From: a virus
Taxonomy: Duplodnaviria > Heunggongvirae > Uroviricota > Caudoviricetes
DNA length: 64,000 nucleotides
Virus record (IMG/VR): IMGVR_UViG_3300008120_000059
Span: 64,001 to 128,000 of that record
Direction: 5' to 3' (one strand)
Each line of letters starts with the position of its first letter. Position 1 is the first letter of the stretch. The notes below the pieces were generated by a model. That model worked only from the letters and a program-made list of their open reading frames with translations, did not search any database and was not told the origin of the DNA. This document shows positions 1-8,206 of this stretch, piece after piece. The position numbers were made by a program, and so were the translations under genes.

Positions 1-1058
1 ATTTGTTTTTTATTTTCAACTCGAACCACGTCTTCATCGATATTATAAATATCCGCAAGTGTAGTTGGTTTATCAACTGTTTTTTTCTTACCTAAGTGTT
101 TTAATAATTTGTTAGATTCTTCAACACTTAGAGGTTCAAATTTATGTTCACAAATTAATCTACCCTTTCTCAGTAGGGCTTGGTCAATTTTTTCTTTTTT
201 CATATTGAAGGTAGCAACGATTTGAATATTCAAACAATCCCCAAGAATACCATCTGTTATGTTTAATATATTAGAAACACCAACAGAAGAACCGTTTAAT
301 TCTCTATCTGAAATTACTTTCTCGGCATCTTCAATAATCAGAATAGAGTTTTTATGTTCCATCAAGAATGGAATAATTGAGGGTTCTGAAAGAGATTCGG
401 CCATAGATGGTGGAATAAATAGTATCTCTTTATCGACAATCAATCTTGTAAGGTACTTTATATACGAAGTTTTGCCCGTGCCGGGGTCTCCATGAAATAA
501 CACAATACCTTTATCATTTTTCTTGTTCAGTCGAGTGACAATAGTATCGTGTAGTTTTACAAACTTATCACCGTAATTTAATTTTATGTCAACATCAGGT
601 ACATTTAATTCATATTCCTCGGTGTCCATATGACCATGTTCAGATTTTACTAAACTAATACCACTCTTTTTTAATTCAAACTCAAATCCTGATATTTTTT
701 TCAAATCAAAATTTGTATCAAATATACCATGAGATAATGTGTAATAAAATTCTAACTCAAATAATAATTCTTCTTTTTCATATTTTGATTTTAATAATAT
801 TGCAGTTTTATTATTATCATTAAGAAGAAAAATTTCTGTATTTGGTTTATGTACTCTTCTTTTAGAGGTTGAATTTAATTCACATATAGGTCTATATCCA
901 TCTGATATGAAATAATCCATTACATCTGATGTATACACCTTCTCCGTCTTATAAACAGATGGTATTTCATCAAAGGTGTGAAGATACAATTGATTCGTTG
1001 GTACGTCGGTACCATACGATGTTTCATAAATAAAATATTGGTCTGGTGTTTTTCTCAT
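1..1058 (-). CDS. AAA+ ATPase, 3'-truncated by window edge (not in ORF track)
   Basis: Manual translation from ATG at 1058 (MRKTPDQYFIYE...) stays open to base 1. Walker A GDPGTGKT, Walker B LIIEDAE, sensor/Arg-finger region ATFN...IDQALLRKGRL. Confidence 0.9.
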   Translation of the reverse strand, partial: MRKTPDQYFIYETSYGTDVPTNQLYLHTFDEIPSVYKTEKVYTSDVMDYFISDGYRPICELNSTSKRRVHKPNTEIFLLNDNNKTAILLKSKYEKEELLFELEFYYTLSHGIFDTNFDLKKISGFEFELKKSGISLVKSEHGHMDTEEYELNVPDVDIKLNYGDKFVKLHDTIVTRLNKKNDKGIVLFHGDPGTGKTSYIKYLTRLIVDKEILFIPPSMAESLSEPSIIPFLMEHKNSILIIEDAEKVISDRELNGSSVGVSNILNITDGILGDCLNIQIVATFNMKKEKIDQALLRKGRLICEHKFEPLSVEESNKLLKHLGKKKTVDKPTTLADIYNIDEDVVRVENKKQ

Positions 1059-1059
1059 T

Positions 1060-1350
1060 CTATTTGTAATAAAATTTTAAATCCGTTGATTCATAAAAGT
1101 AAATTCCATTAAATTCACTATCTTCTACTTTTTTAAAAATCATCAAAGATACTCTTAGAAATTCAAGTTGTTCCTGTGTTAATTGAGGTTCACCTGTTTT
1201 TCTAAAATTATTTTCAGCGACTTTTAAAATACTATTATAAAACTCATCTTCGTTCAAGTTTGATAAAAAATATTTTCTCGCTTCCTCATTACTTTCAAAG
1301 TAATTTTTAATTGTTTGCAAATATATCAAACTTTCAGGAGAAAAATCCAT
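1060..1350 (-). CDS. hypothetical protein
   Basis: 96-aa ORF packed between flanking genes with 1-2 nt gaps. Confidence 0.75.
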   Translation of the reverse strand: MDFSPESLIYLQTIKNYFESNEEARKYFLSNLNEDEFYNSILKVAENNFRKTGEPQLTQEQLEFLRVSLMIFKKVEDSEFNGIYFYESTDLKFYYK

Positions 1351-1352
1351 TT

Positions 1353-2243
1353 TTAATAATTCATAATCAGTAATTCAATACCTTCGTTTTGTGTTCCGTC
1401 TTTTTTAGCGGCAGCCGCCTTTTTGAAAGTTTCTTTAGCCCATTTGTAACCAGTTGGTTGAAACATCAAAAGTTGTCCATTTTTACCAATACCAACACCA
1501 TTTTCGGGGAACCAATCATGAAGTTGTTTAAACTCATAATAAGATAAACTAAATTTACCTTGTATACCCTTTAATGTGTTTGCCAACCTTTCATGGTCAT
1601 TACTATCAAAATCATGATTTGAATAATAATTTTCTGTTTTCCAATAAGGGGGGTCCATGTAAAAATATGTTTTTGGCGAATCATACTTTTCAACAACTTT
1701 TTGGAAATCCATGTTTTCGACAAACGTGATTCTATCTAAATGTGCTCTATATTCAGGATGTTTGAGTTTGTCCATAAAGATTAACACCTTACATCTGTAC
1801 TTACCCTTGTAATCAGTATAACTAGAAGTTTCGGGTTTGGAACCTGAGAAAACTTGAGTTAATACGTAAACGTATTTTGCGGCAACATCAAAATTGGGCT
1901 CATCCCCAATGACTAATTCTTCGTTGAATACTTCTTTTTGGTATGTACGGAACATTTGTTCATATTCAGGTGGGGTGTTTTCCACACCTAATTGTTGACA
2001 TGGGTATTTCGCGAGTTCATCCCATAACCTATCGTAATGTTTAGCACATTTAAAAAGGTTTGCGTTCAATCGATTAAAGTCATTGTAAACGACTGTTTTG
2101 AGATTGGGGTATTTCTTTAGGTCCATATTAAAAAAGACCCAAAACATACCCGAAAACCCCTCCACGTAGGTTTCAATATCATTAGGTATGAACGGAACAA
2201 TCCACTTACCTATTCTAGCTTTTCCTCCAATGTAAGATATCAT
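1353..2243 (-). CDS. Dam-family (D12 class) DNA N6-adenine methyltransferase
   Basis: N-terminal SYIGGK, motif I-like YVEGFSG, VYND, catalytic DPPY (FYMDPPYW). Target site unknown. Confidence 0.9.
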   Translation of the reverse strand: MISYIGGKARIGKWIVPFIPNDIETYVEGFSGMFWVFFNMDLKKYPNLKTVVYNDFNRLNANLFKCAKHYDRLWDELAKYPCQQLGVENTPPEYEQMFRTYQKEVFNEELVIGDEPNFDVAAKYVYVLTQVFSGSKPETSSYTDYKGKYRCKVLIFMDKLKHPEYRAHLDRITFVENMDFQKVVEKYDSPKTYFYMDPPYWKTENYYSNHDFDSNDHERLANTLKGIQGKFSLSYYEFKQLHDWFPENGVGIGKNGQLLMFQPTGYKWAKETFKKAAAAKKDGTQNEGIELLIMNY

Positions 2244-2328
2244 TTATAATTTTATATTTTGCGTTATTAGTCCTCTAACTATAAAAATATAAGAAACTTT
2301 TTTCAAAAATGGAAATCAGTGCGCACTT

Positions 2329-2496
2329 TTATTTTACCGGCTGAGATTTGGTCTTTCCACCTTTCTGTCTTTTTCTTCTCGCGGCGCAGTGGGCTTTTTG
2401 AGAAAAACCTTTTGGATTGCTACAATCTATGGTCTTTTTATATTTCATTGACCATTTTTCAACCACCATGTCTTCCAACAATTCAATCAATTTCAT
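2329..2496 (-). CDS. 55-aa basic protein with KWSxKYKxxIDCxNPKGFSQxAHC motif (not in ORF track)
   Basis: Manual translation MKLIELLEDMVVEKWSMKYKKTIDCSNPKGFSQKAHCAARRKRQKGGKTKSQPVK*. TATTTAT box 4 nt upstream. Motif recalled from T4-like/large phage proteins. Confidence 0.85.
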   Translation of the reverse strand: MKLIELLEDMVVEKWSMKYKKTIDCSNPKGFSQKAHCAARRKRQKGGKTKSQPVK

Positions 2497-2500
2497 ATTG

Positions 2501-2516
2501 ATAAATACTTATTTAT
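2501..2516. promoter_or_regulatory. back-to-back TATTTAT boxes (putative divergent promoter)
   Basis: ATAAATA-CT-TATTTAT between divergent starts at 2496 (-) and 2534 (+). Confidence 0.5.
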
Positions 2517-2533
2517 TACTTATTTTTTGTATT

Positions 2534-2698
2534 ATGGGATGTTCTAATTGTAAACAGAAGAAAGAAATGGCTCCTCCAACAAAGGAGTCATTGGAAAGAT
2601 TAGCACAAAAGACAGAAAAGGTGATGTATGGTGCTTTTATTATTTGGAGTGTTTTCGCGGTTTACGGAATCTACTCCTTTGTTAAAAACTTTCTATGA
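2534..2698 (+). CDS. small membrane protein with N-terminal CxxC
   Basis: MGCSNCKQKK...YGAFIIWSVFAVYGIYSFVKNFL. ATG 2534 preferred over track start 2417, which would overlap the minus-strand 55-aa gene. Confidence 0.7.
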   Translation: MGCSNCKQKKEMAPPTKESLERLAQKTEKVMYGAFIIWSVFAVYGIYSFVKNFL

Positions 2699-3333
2699 AA
2701 AATGGAAAATACTTTGTAGTTCTCTTTTGTAACAAGAAAAGAGTTAAAATTCTATACAGGTGTCAAAAAAGGACAACTGTGTACGAGTATTGGCATGAAT
2801 ATAAGACAGAGAAAAAACCAAGATTTGTAAAAACACAAAACAGAAAAAGAAACAACGAAGTAGTTTATGAACTTGCGTTAATTTTTCCTAACAATAGGTG
2901 GGCGACTAAAACATTTGTCAAGGATAGTTTGGGGAGATTGATTGAGGCTAAGTACGAAGATGATAAATTCAGAATCAAAGAGATAATTCCTTATTGGAAA
3001 GAAGAACTAATATACGATTTTCAAAAGAAGGAAAGAATTAGATATCATGAATTGTTAGAACAAATAACATCTATAAATGAAATAGGTCAAATATTCACAT
3101 TGAATAATAAACTATTTGTTCAAAACGATGATAATATACTGTTGTTTGGAAATAAGAACATCCGTGACGCTAAAAGGTTGTTTGAATTGATAAGAGAGGA
3201 CGTTCTAAAAAAGAAGAAAGGTAATTTCATATTCATAAAAGACGTGTCAACCGCACAAAGAAAATTGTTATATCAACTACTTGAATCCAAAGGATTTAAA
3301 AAATCAGAATTATTTAGACACTACTCTTATTAA
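2695..3333 (+). CDS. hypothetical protein
   Basis: 212-aa ORF, ATGA overlap with upstream gene. Confidence 0.8.
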   Translation: MKNGKYFVVLFCNKKRVKILYRCQKRTTVYEYWHEYKTEKKPRFVKTQNRKRNNEVVYELALIFPNNRWATKTFVKDSLGRLIEAKYEDDKFRIKEIIPYWKEELIYDFQKKERIRYHELLEQITSINEIGQIFTLNNKLFVQNDDNILLFGNKNIRDAKRLFELIREDVLKKKKGNFIFIKDVSTAQRKLLYQLLESKGFKKSELFRHYSY

Positions 3334-3547
3334 AGATGATATCCACCTGACCAATTTTAATTGTAAAAGTTTTGTCGGGTTTAACCATTCGACTATTTTG
3401 TTTTTTTGAGATATAATCAAAAGTTTGTAGAAACTTTTCGTTTTCTAACTCAATAACCAATGTGCACGATTTAGTATCCAAATTAATTTTTTCAATTAAA
3501 TCTGATATTATTGCCAATTGATTTATCAAGTCACCTTTTTTTTCCAT
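3314..3547 (-). CDS. hypothetical protein
   Basis: ORF from ATG 3547 (MEKKGDLINQL...), overlapping the stop of the upstream gene. Confidence 0.7.
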   Translation of the reverse strand: MEKKGDLINQLAIISDLIEKINLDTKSCTLVIELENEKFLQTFDYISKKQNSRMVKPDKTFTIKIGQVDIIFNKSSV

Positions 3548-3737
3548 ATCCAAAAATTATAGAAAGTCTTTTAAAAAAAGAAAGTTTTTCTTTTTTAGGG
3601 GTCTCAAACATTTTGGTTTTATCCAATTTTTTGATTTCCTCAATCATTTGATTCTTGTGGGATTGTATCTCCTTGGAGTCCCTCTCCACTTCCCGATTCA
3701 ACCAATTTAATCCCTGTTGTATTCTCTTGTCTTGCAT
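3531..3737 (-). CDS. hypothetical basic protein
   Basis: ATG 3737, MQDKRIQQGLNWLNREVERDSKEI...; starts 98 nt inside the upstream gene. Confidence 0.65.
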   Translation of the reverse strand: MQDKRIQQGLNWLNREVERDSKEIQSHKNQMIEEIKKLDKTKMFETPKKEKLSFFKRLSIIFGYGKKR

Positions 3738-4095
3738 CCTCAATAAATGATATTTCTTTTAACTTATCAAGTGTCTGGTGTTGAAACAAAACTTCTAACT
3801 CTTTAATCTTTTGTTGTAAGAGTCTTTGTTTCTCTTCCATTTCTTTATTCATGGTTATTATTTCTTTTGCACAAGAAAAAACAACATCATAACCATCAGC
3901 GGTTGCATTACTGATTAATGAAACCAAAGTAAATTTCTCATTTTTATCTTGTATCTTATATTTGATAGATTTGTATTGAGAAATTATTGATTCGATTTTC
4001 CAAGTAACAGGAAGTTTAATGTCTAAACTTACGTTATTGTCTATTTCTCTCAAAGAGAAAAAATATGGTCTTAAATGTCTTATATTGTCAAACAC
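3640..4095 (-). CDS. hypothetical protein with coiled-coil segment
   Basis: 151-aa ORF, GTG start. Confidence 0.75.
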   Translation of the reverse strand: MFDNIRHLRPYFFSLREIDNNVSLDIKLPVTWKIESIISQYKSIKYKIQDKNEKFTLVSLISNATADGYDVVFSCAKEIITMNKEMEEKQRLLQQKIKELEVLFQHQTLDKLKEISFIEDARQENTTGIKLVESGSGEGLQGDTIPQESND

Positions 4096-4099
4096 TAAA

Positions 4100-4282
4100 T
4101 TATATTATTAAAAATGTTATTATGTAAGAAACCGCAAGATAAAACAAAACAGATTCTATTTTGGTCAACTTTAATATTGAGGGTTGTTCTGAGAAGAATT
4201 TTATCAAAAATTCAACACAGAACCTTAGTACGTAAATGGTACTCAATACCATCAAAAAAATAAAGATATAATTAATCATCAT
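4100..4282 (-). CDS. small two-TM membrane protein
   Basis: 60 aa with two hydrophobic stretches. Confidence 0.65.
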   Translation of the reverse strand: MMINYIFIFLMVLSTIYVLRFCVEFLIKFFSEQPSILKLTKIESVLFYLAVSYIITFLII

Positions 4283-4454
4283 GTTTTTTTATTTCTTGTA
4301 ATAGTTCTTTTCTATAAAGAGGAATTAACTCTTTTATTTCTTGAGCATATTTTCTAGCTCGAATAGATGCACTTCTATTACCCTTTTCGAATACCTTGGT
4401 GGTATCAACAGACATTTTTTCCACCAAGTCTTTGATTTGTTTAAGTGTGTCCAT
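4272..4454 (-). CDS. histone H1-like (Hc1-family) small nucleoid protein
   Basis: EKGNRSASIRARKYAQEIKELIPLYRKELL resembles the Hc1 core EKGNKAAGTRARKASLEL..L.KEFRK. Confidence 0.7.
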   Translation of the reverse strand: MDTLKQIKDLVEKMSVDTTKVFEKGNRSASIRARKYAQEIKELIPLYRKELLQEIKKHDD

Positions 4455-4489
4455 TTTTCCGTTTTTATATATAGTATACGGAAAATAAA

Positions 4490-6205
4490 CTACTTTTTCA
4501 AGTTTTGTTCGAATAATTTATAAATTTCTGTGAGAATGTCCAACTCGGACCTTGACTTTTGATATCTAAAATCAAATAACTTGTAAAAGTATTCAGATAT
4601 TCTATTTTCTTTTTCTTCCAATTTAACAAAATAGTACGCCTCATAGAAAAAATTCCACATATATTCATAGTGGGTTCCTTTCTCCTTGAAGAATATTTTT
4701 TCTTTATCAAAATTGGTGATTATTTTATTCCAACACCAATTAAAATGGTTTCGTTGGTCTATTTCGTCATAAAGTACATCAGAACCTAAAAAGGTTTCGT
4801 CTACTAAATCATATAAAGAAGATAGGAAATCATAAAATAATATTATTTTATCCCTATTAATGTTGTAGGTTCTATACCAAATCTGAGTACTTTCGTTGTA
4901 TCCGATGATTTTTTTCATTCTCGAGATTTCCTCATTCACAATTGAAGTCATTGTAGTTTTAGATTCATTCACACTCTTTACTTTTAAAGGTTGAACTCCT
5001 CTTGCTCCATGGAATGCTTCAGGTGCGTCTTTCTCTTTTTCTTTTTTTCTTTCAGCCGATTTACTTAATCTCTCTCCTGTTTTTGTTTTTATAACGTTAG
5101 CAGCATTTTGTGAGTTACCCATTTTTGAGTCACCTTCTAATGCCATTTTTAATCTTTTTTTGAATGATTCTGATGGTTCAAAATCATAATTTAAATCTAA
5201 AAGGGTACCACCCTTCATATTATCATCAATATACTCTTCTTGTTTCTCAGTTGGGTTTACCGCCATTTTTTCACCTTTACCAACTTGTTTTGGAAACTCA
5301 GGATTATCATTACCATCAAATGTTGATGCTTTTTTCAGTTTTTTCTGAACATCTTTAATTGCGTCGTCATTTTCTTTTTTAGAACCACTCTGAGCTTTCT
5401 TAGTTACCGCAATACCGGGTACCGCCTCACTTAGATTTTTTTTTGAATCAATTACCATTTTTTTAATCAAAGAAACCATTTCACTTTCAGTAAGTCTAAG
5501 AACCGATTTCTTAGATTCATACATACCAGTACCACACTCTGAACACATTCCTTCCTCATTCATGGGTGAACCACACTCACTACACGTACCCATTTCACCT
5601 TCATTTGTATCAATATCTTTAGTGATTGTTACTTTATGCATTTTACCACTTCCTTTAGGGAATTCGAATTCTTTTTTACCAGCATCTCTCGCTTTATCAG
5701 CAGCCAAAACAAACGCGCTTGATTCCTCCACATTTGTTTCTTCTTCCATATAACCTTGTCCACACTCATCACAAACACCTTCCTCTTCTTCAAGTTGTTT
5801 CCATGATTCTTCAACATTATGTACTTTTCCGTTAAATTTAATTTCTTTTAGACCTTTTTCTTTAGCGGATAAAATGGCTTCTGCCATGCTCGATACTTTA
5901 ATTTTTTTCATTTTTGTGGTTTCTTTATTTTCTTCTAATTCTTCTCCCATCTGGTCTAATTTATCAATCATTTCAGTTGGTGAATTATATTTTACTTTTT
6001 CGATTATGAACTCCTTTTTAGGATGTTTCTTTTTATAAATATCCAAATGTTGCATTGCAATTTCTTCGGATTCAAATGTTTCAACGGGTTCTCCCTCGCA
6101 AGTAATTTGAAACATATCTTGAGATTTTTTATTTTCTTTTAATATGGTTCTTTTTACTTCGTCAAATAATGACTCCGAAATGATATTTGATATATTCTTT
6201 TTCAT
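4490..6205 (-). CDS. probable virion/internal head protein, apparently fused to a second, aromatic-rich helical protein
   Basis: K/E-rich N-terminal part with CxxCG motifs, then an abrupt composition switch at about 4883. Confidence 0.6.
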   Translation of the reverse strand: MKKNISNIISESLFDEVKRTILKENKKSQDMFQITCEGEPVETFESEEIAMQHLDIYKKKHPKKEFIIEKVKYNSPTEMIDKLDQMGEELEENKETTKMKKIKVSSMAEAILSAKEKGLKEIKFNGKVHNVEESWKQLEEEEGVCDECGQGYMEEETNVEESSAFVLAADKARDAGKKEFEFPKGSGKMHKVTITKDIDTNEGEMGTCSECGSPMNEEGMCSECGTGMYESKKSVLRLTESEMVSLIKKMVIDSKKNLSEAVPGIAVTKKAQSGSKKENDDAIKDVQKKLKKASTFDGNDNPEFPKQVGKGEKMAVNPTEKQEEYIDDNMKGGTLLDLNYDFEPSESFKKRLKMALEGDSKMGNSQNAANVIKTKTGERLSKSAERKKEKEKDAPEAFHGARGVQPLKVKSVNESKTTMTSIVNEEISRMKKIIGYNESTQIWYRTYNINRDKIILFYDFLSSLYDLVDETFLGSDVLYDEIDQRNHFNWCWNKIITNFDKEKIFFKEKGTHYEYMWNFFYEAYYFVKLEEKENRISEYFYKLFDFRYQKSRSELDILTEIYKLFEQNLKK

Positions 6206-6709
6206 TTACTTAATAAATATCTTATTTATTTCATTTATTACAATTTTCTCGACCTGAGAATACGGTAATCCTAATTTTTTTGATACATTATAAACGGATT
6301 CTTTCAATTCTTGGTCTTCAAAAAAATCTAAACTTTTGATATCACCCTGATTACAGTAAGGATATTTTTTACATCTTTCTTTTACCTTTACATAAACACC
6401 ACCAGGACCTCCCCATTTTGGGAAATTTTTATCTTTTACCGCTCGACTGTTCATGATACTATTGGGACCATTGATTTTTAATGGGTTCGACCTACCAGCA
6501 CTATAAGAAGTGTCATATTGTCCTGAAGAAGAAGAGTCTGTAACTTCACTTAATTCTTCTTCAAAATTATGAATCTTTTTTATTTTCCTTTTAACTAATG
6601 GACCGCTCAGAGCTCCCTCAAATGAACCTGAGGAATCTGCAGAAGTTTCATTTGTATCTTTTGGGGAAGATTTTTTCCCTCTCAATATTTTCTCGAAATT
6701 ATATGACAT
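6206..6709 (-). CDS. hypothetical protein (possible internal head protein)
   Basis: 167 aa; stop abuts next start; CKKYPYCNQGD motif. Confidence 0.75.
   Translation of the reverse strand: MSYNFEKILRGKKSSPKDTNETSADSSGSFEGALSGPLVKRKIKKIHNFEEELSEVTDSSSSGQYDTSYSAGRSNPLKINGPNSIMNSRAVKDKNFPKWGGPGGVYVKVKERCKKYPYCNQGDIKSLDFFEDQELKESVYNVSKKLGLPYSQVEKIVINEINKIFIK
6213..6219 (-). promoter_or_regulatory. TATTTAT box
   Basis: 7 nt upstream of ATG 6205, embedded in the ATA-TTT-ATT codons of the upstream gene. Confidence 0.5.
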
Positions 6710-6948
6710 TATCTAACACTTTTTAAGGGTTGTTCCCAAAAAGACTTACGTTGCCATAGTGTTTTGAAAAGTTCCACAACAACTTTAGATGATAGGTCAA
6801 CGATTCTTTCATCAACTGACCTAGCACCTATCTCTTTTTGTATTATTTTCATTACAATGGTATGTGCTTGAGTGGTCTCAAGAAAATCTTTCATTTCTTT
6901 TCTTGCAATCTTTTCAATTTCTTTAACATCGGTGTTTGTAAGTGCCAT
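6709..6948 (-). CDS. hypothetical protein
   Basis: 79 aa with TAATG overlaps at both ends. Confidence 0.75.
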   Translation of the reverse strand: MALTNTDVKEIEKIARKEMKDFLETTQAHTIVMKIIQKEIGARSVDERIVDLSSKVVVELFKTLWQRKSFWEQPLKSVR

Positions 6949-7493
6949 TATGCGTTCATTCTATCTCTAATTAATGGCTCCATAGCCGATGTGAAAGTTG
7001 GTTCAAATTTTCTCAATTTTTCTAACATGTCCATTGTTTCGTCGTCTAATAATAACATGTCGCCATTTATGTATAACCCACTACCTTCACCCGAAATCAT
7101 AACAAAATTAATTTCTAAGTCTGTAATTTCACCATCAAGTCTGATTTCAGTCTCGGTTATGGTAATTCCAGGTTCTAAACTTGCAATTTGTGAAACTTGT
7201 TGTCTAAATGAATCAATTATTTGTGATAAGGCGGTTTTTTCTTCAGGTTTAAGTTTTATATCCTCTTGGTCAGAAGACAATAATTTAACATCCACATCAT
7301 TAACAACCTCCACGTTATCGTACTGTTTTTTGTTTAACTCGTTATCGGTATTTTGTGTATTGGTATTAGGTTGTTGAGTTTCATCCTCTTCCTTAATCAA
7401 ATTCTTGTTGGTGTACACGGTTTCATTAAGAGACCTTAACGTCTTTAACATACCTTTTATCTCGTCGTACCCCGATGTTTTTCTATTGTTCAT
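6948..7493 (-). CDS. hypothetical acidic protein
   Basis: 181-aa ORF in a coupled gene chain. Confidence 0.8.
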   Translation of the reverse strand: MNNRKTSGYDEIKGMLKTLRSLNETVYTNKNLIKEEDETQQPNTNTQNTDNELNKKQYDNVEVVNDVDVKLLSSDQEDIKLKPEEKTALSQIIDSFRQQVSQIASLEPGITITETEIRLDGEITDLEINFVMISGEGSGLYINGDMLLLDDETMDMLEKLRKFEPTFTSAMEPLIRDRMNA

Positions 7494-8088
7494 TTTTAAA
7501 AATTAGTCTAAAATTAAATGATGGGTTTATATCTGTATAAATATTTGAGAAATTAGATTTACACACTACACCATTAAATTTAATAGCGCTTTCAAGATAT
7601 CCCTGAGAAGGTACTATATTTTTTGGTATACCGTGGGATTCACATATATGTTCACACAATGATGAAATTGATAATACTTGGTCATCATTATACCTATCCC
7701 AAAAATAATGGTTTCTCCAATTTCTAACGAAAGGTTCACATCTGTAAGGGTCTCCAATCCAATTATGCATGAAACCTGTTACGGTATTTTTACTTAACCA
7801 TCCTAAATTTTCAACCGCAATTTTAATAAATTGTTTGTCAATATAAGGTTCGTCAAATGTATTTGAATAATAGTTGGTATCGAAAAGTTGGTAGATTGTA
7901 CCTAATTTAGTGACAATAAAGTGTGGTATTTCGTCGTATTTACCACACTTCCTGTACTTTAATTTATTAATGAAATCGTCCGCACGTCTATTAGTGTCGT
8001 ACAGTAATATTTGGGTTTTTTTCGTTCTGCGACGAACAACATTTAAAGTTTTATCATCTAAACCTTCTACGTTGTGTATTTCCAACAT
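7483..8088 (-). CDS. N-acetylmuramoyl-L-alanine amidase (Amidase_2/PGRP) fold protein, Zn ligands apparently lost
   Basis: PHFIVTKLGTIYQ, IKIAVENLGWL, WDRYNDDQVLSI..LC, DINPSF follow the amidase_2 layout. Expected His positions read LLYDT and CKSN. Confidence 0.65.
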   Translation of the reverse strand: MLEIHNVEGLDDKTLNVVRRRTKKTQILLYDTNRRADDFINKLKYRKCGKYDEIPHFIVTKLGTIYQLFDTNYYSNTFDEPYIDKQFIKIAVENLGWLSKNTVTGFMHNWIGDPYRCEPFVRNWRNHYFWDRYNDDQVLSISSLCEHICESHGIPKNIVPSQGYLESAIKFNGVVCKSNFSNIYTDINPSFNFRLIFKNEQ

Positions 8089-8206
8089 TTCTAGTTAACC
8101 TTTTACTGATAACAGAAGAAATGTCGTTGTCTTCTGTATTATTTATTTCCCCATTGTCCAAACCAAAGTTTTCCAACGATTCCTCCTGTTGTGGGGACTC
8201 TTCTAA
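8054..8206 (-). other. open -1 frame extension (50 codons) reachable by slippage at the A10 run
   Basis: LEESPQQEESLENFGLDNGEINNTEDNDISSVISKRLTRNVGNTQRRRFR*, no ATG, fills the 8089-8202 gap. Confidence 0.55.

Noticed and set aside
2319-2533. Track ORF 2319..2501 (+) and the 5' extension of 2417..2698
   Set aside because: They overlap the better-supported minus-strand 55-aa gene on the opposite strand
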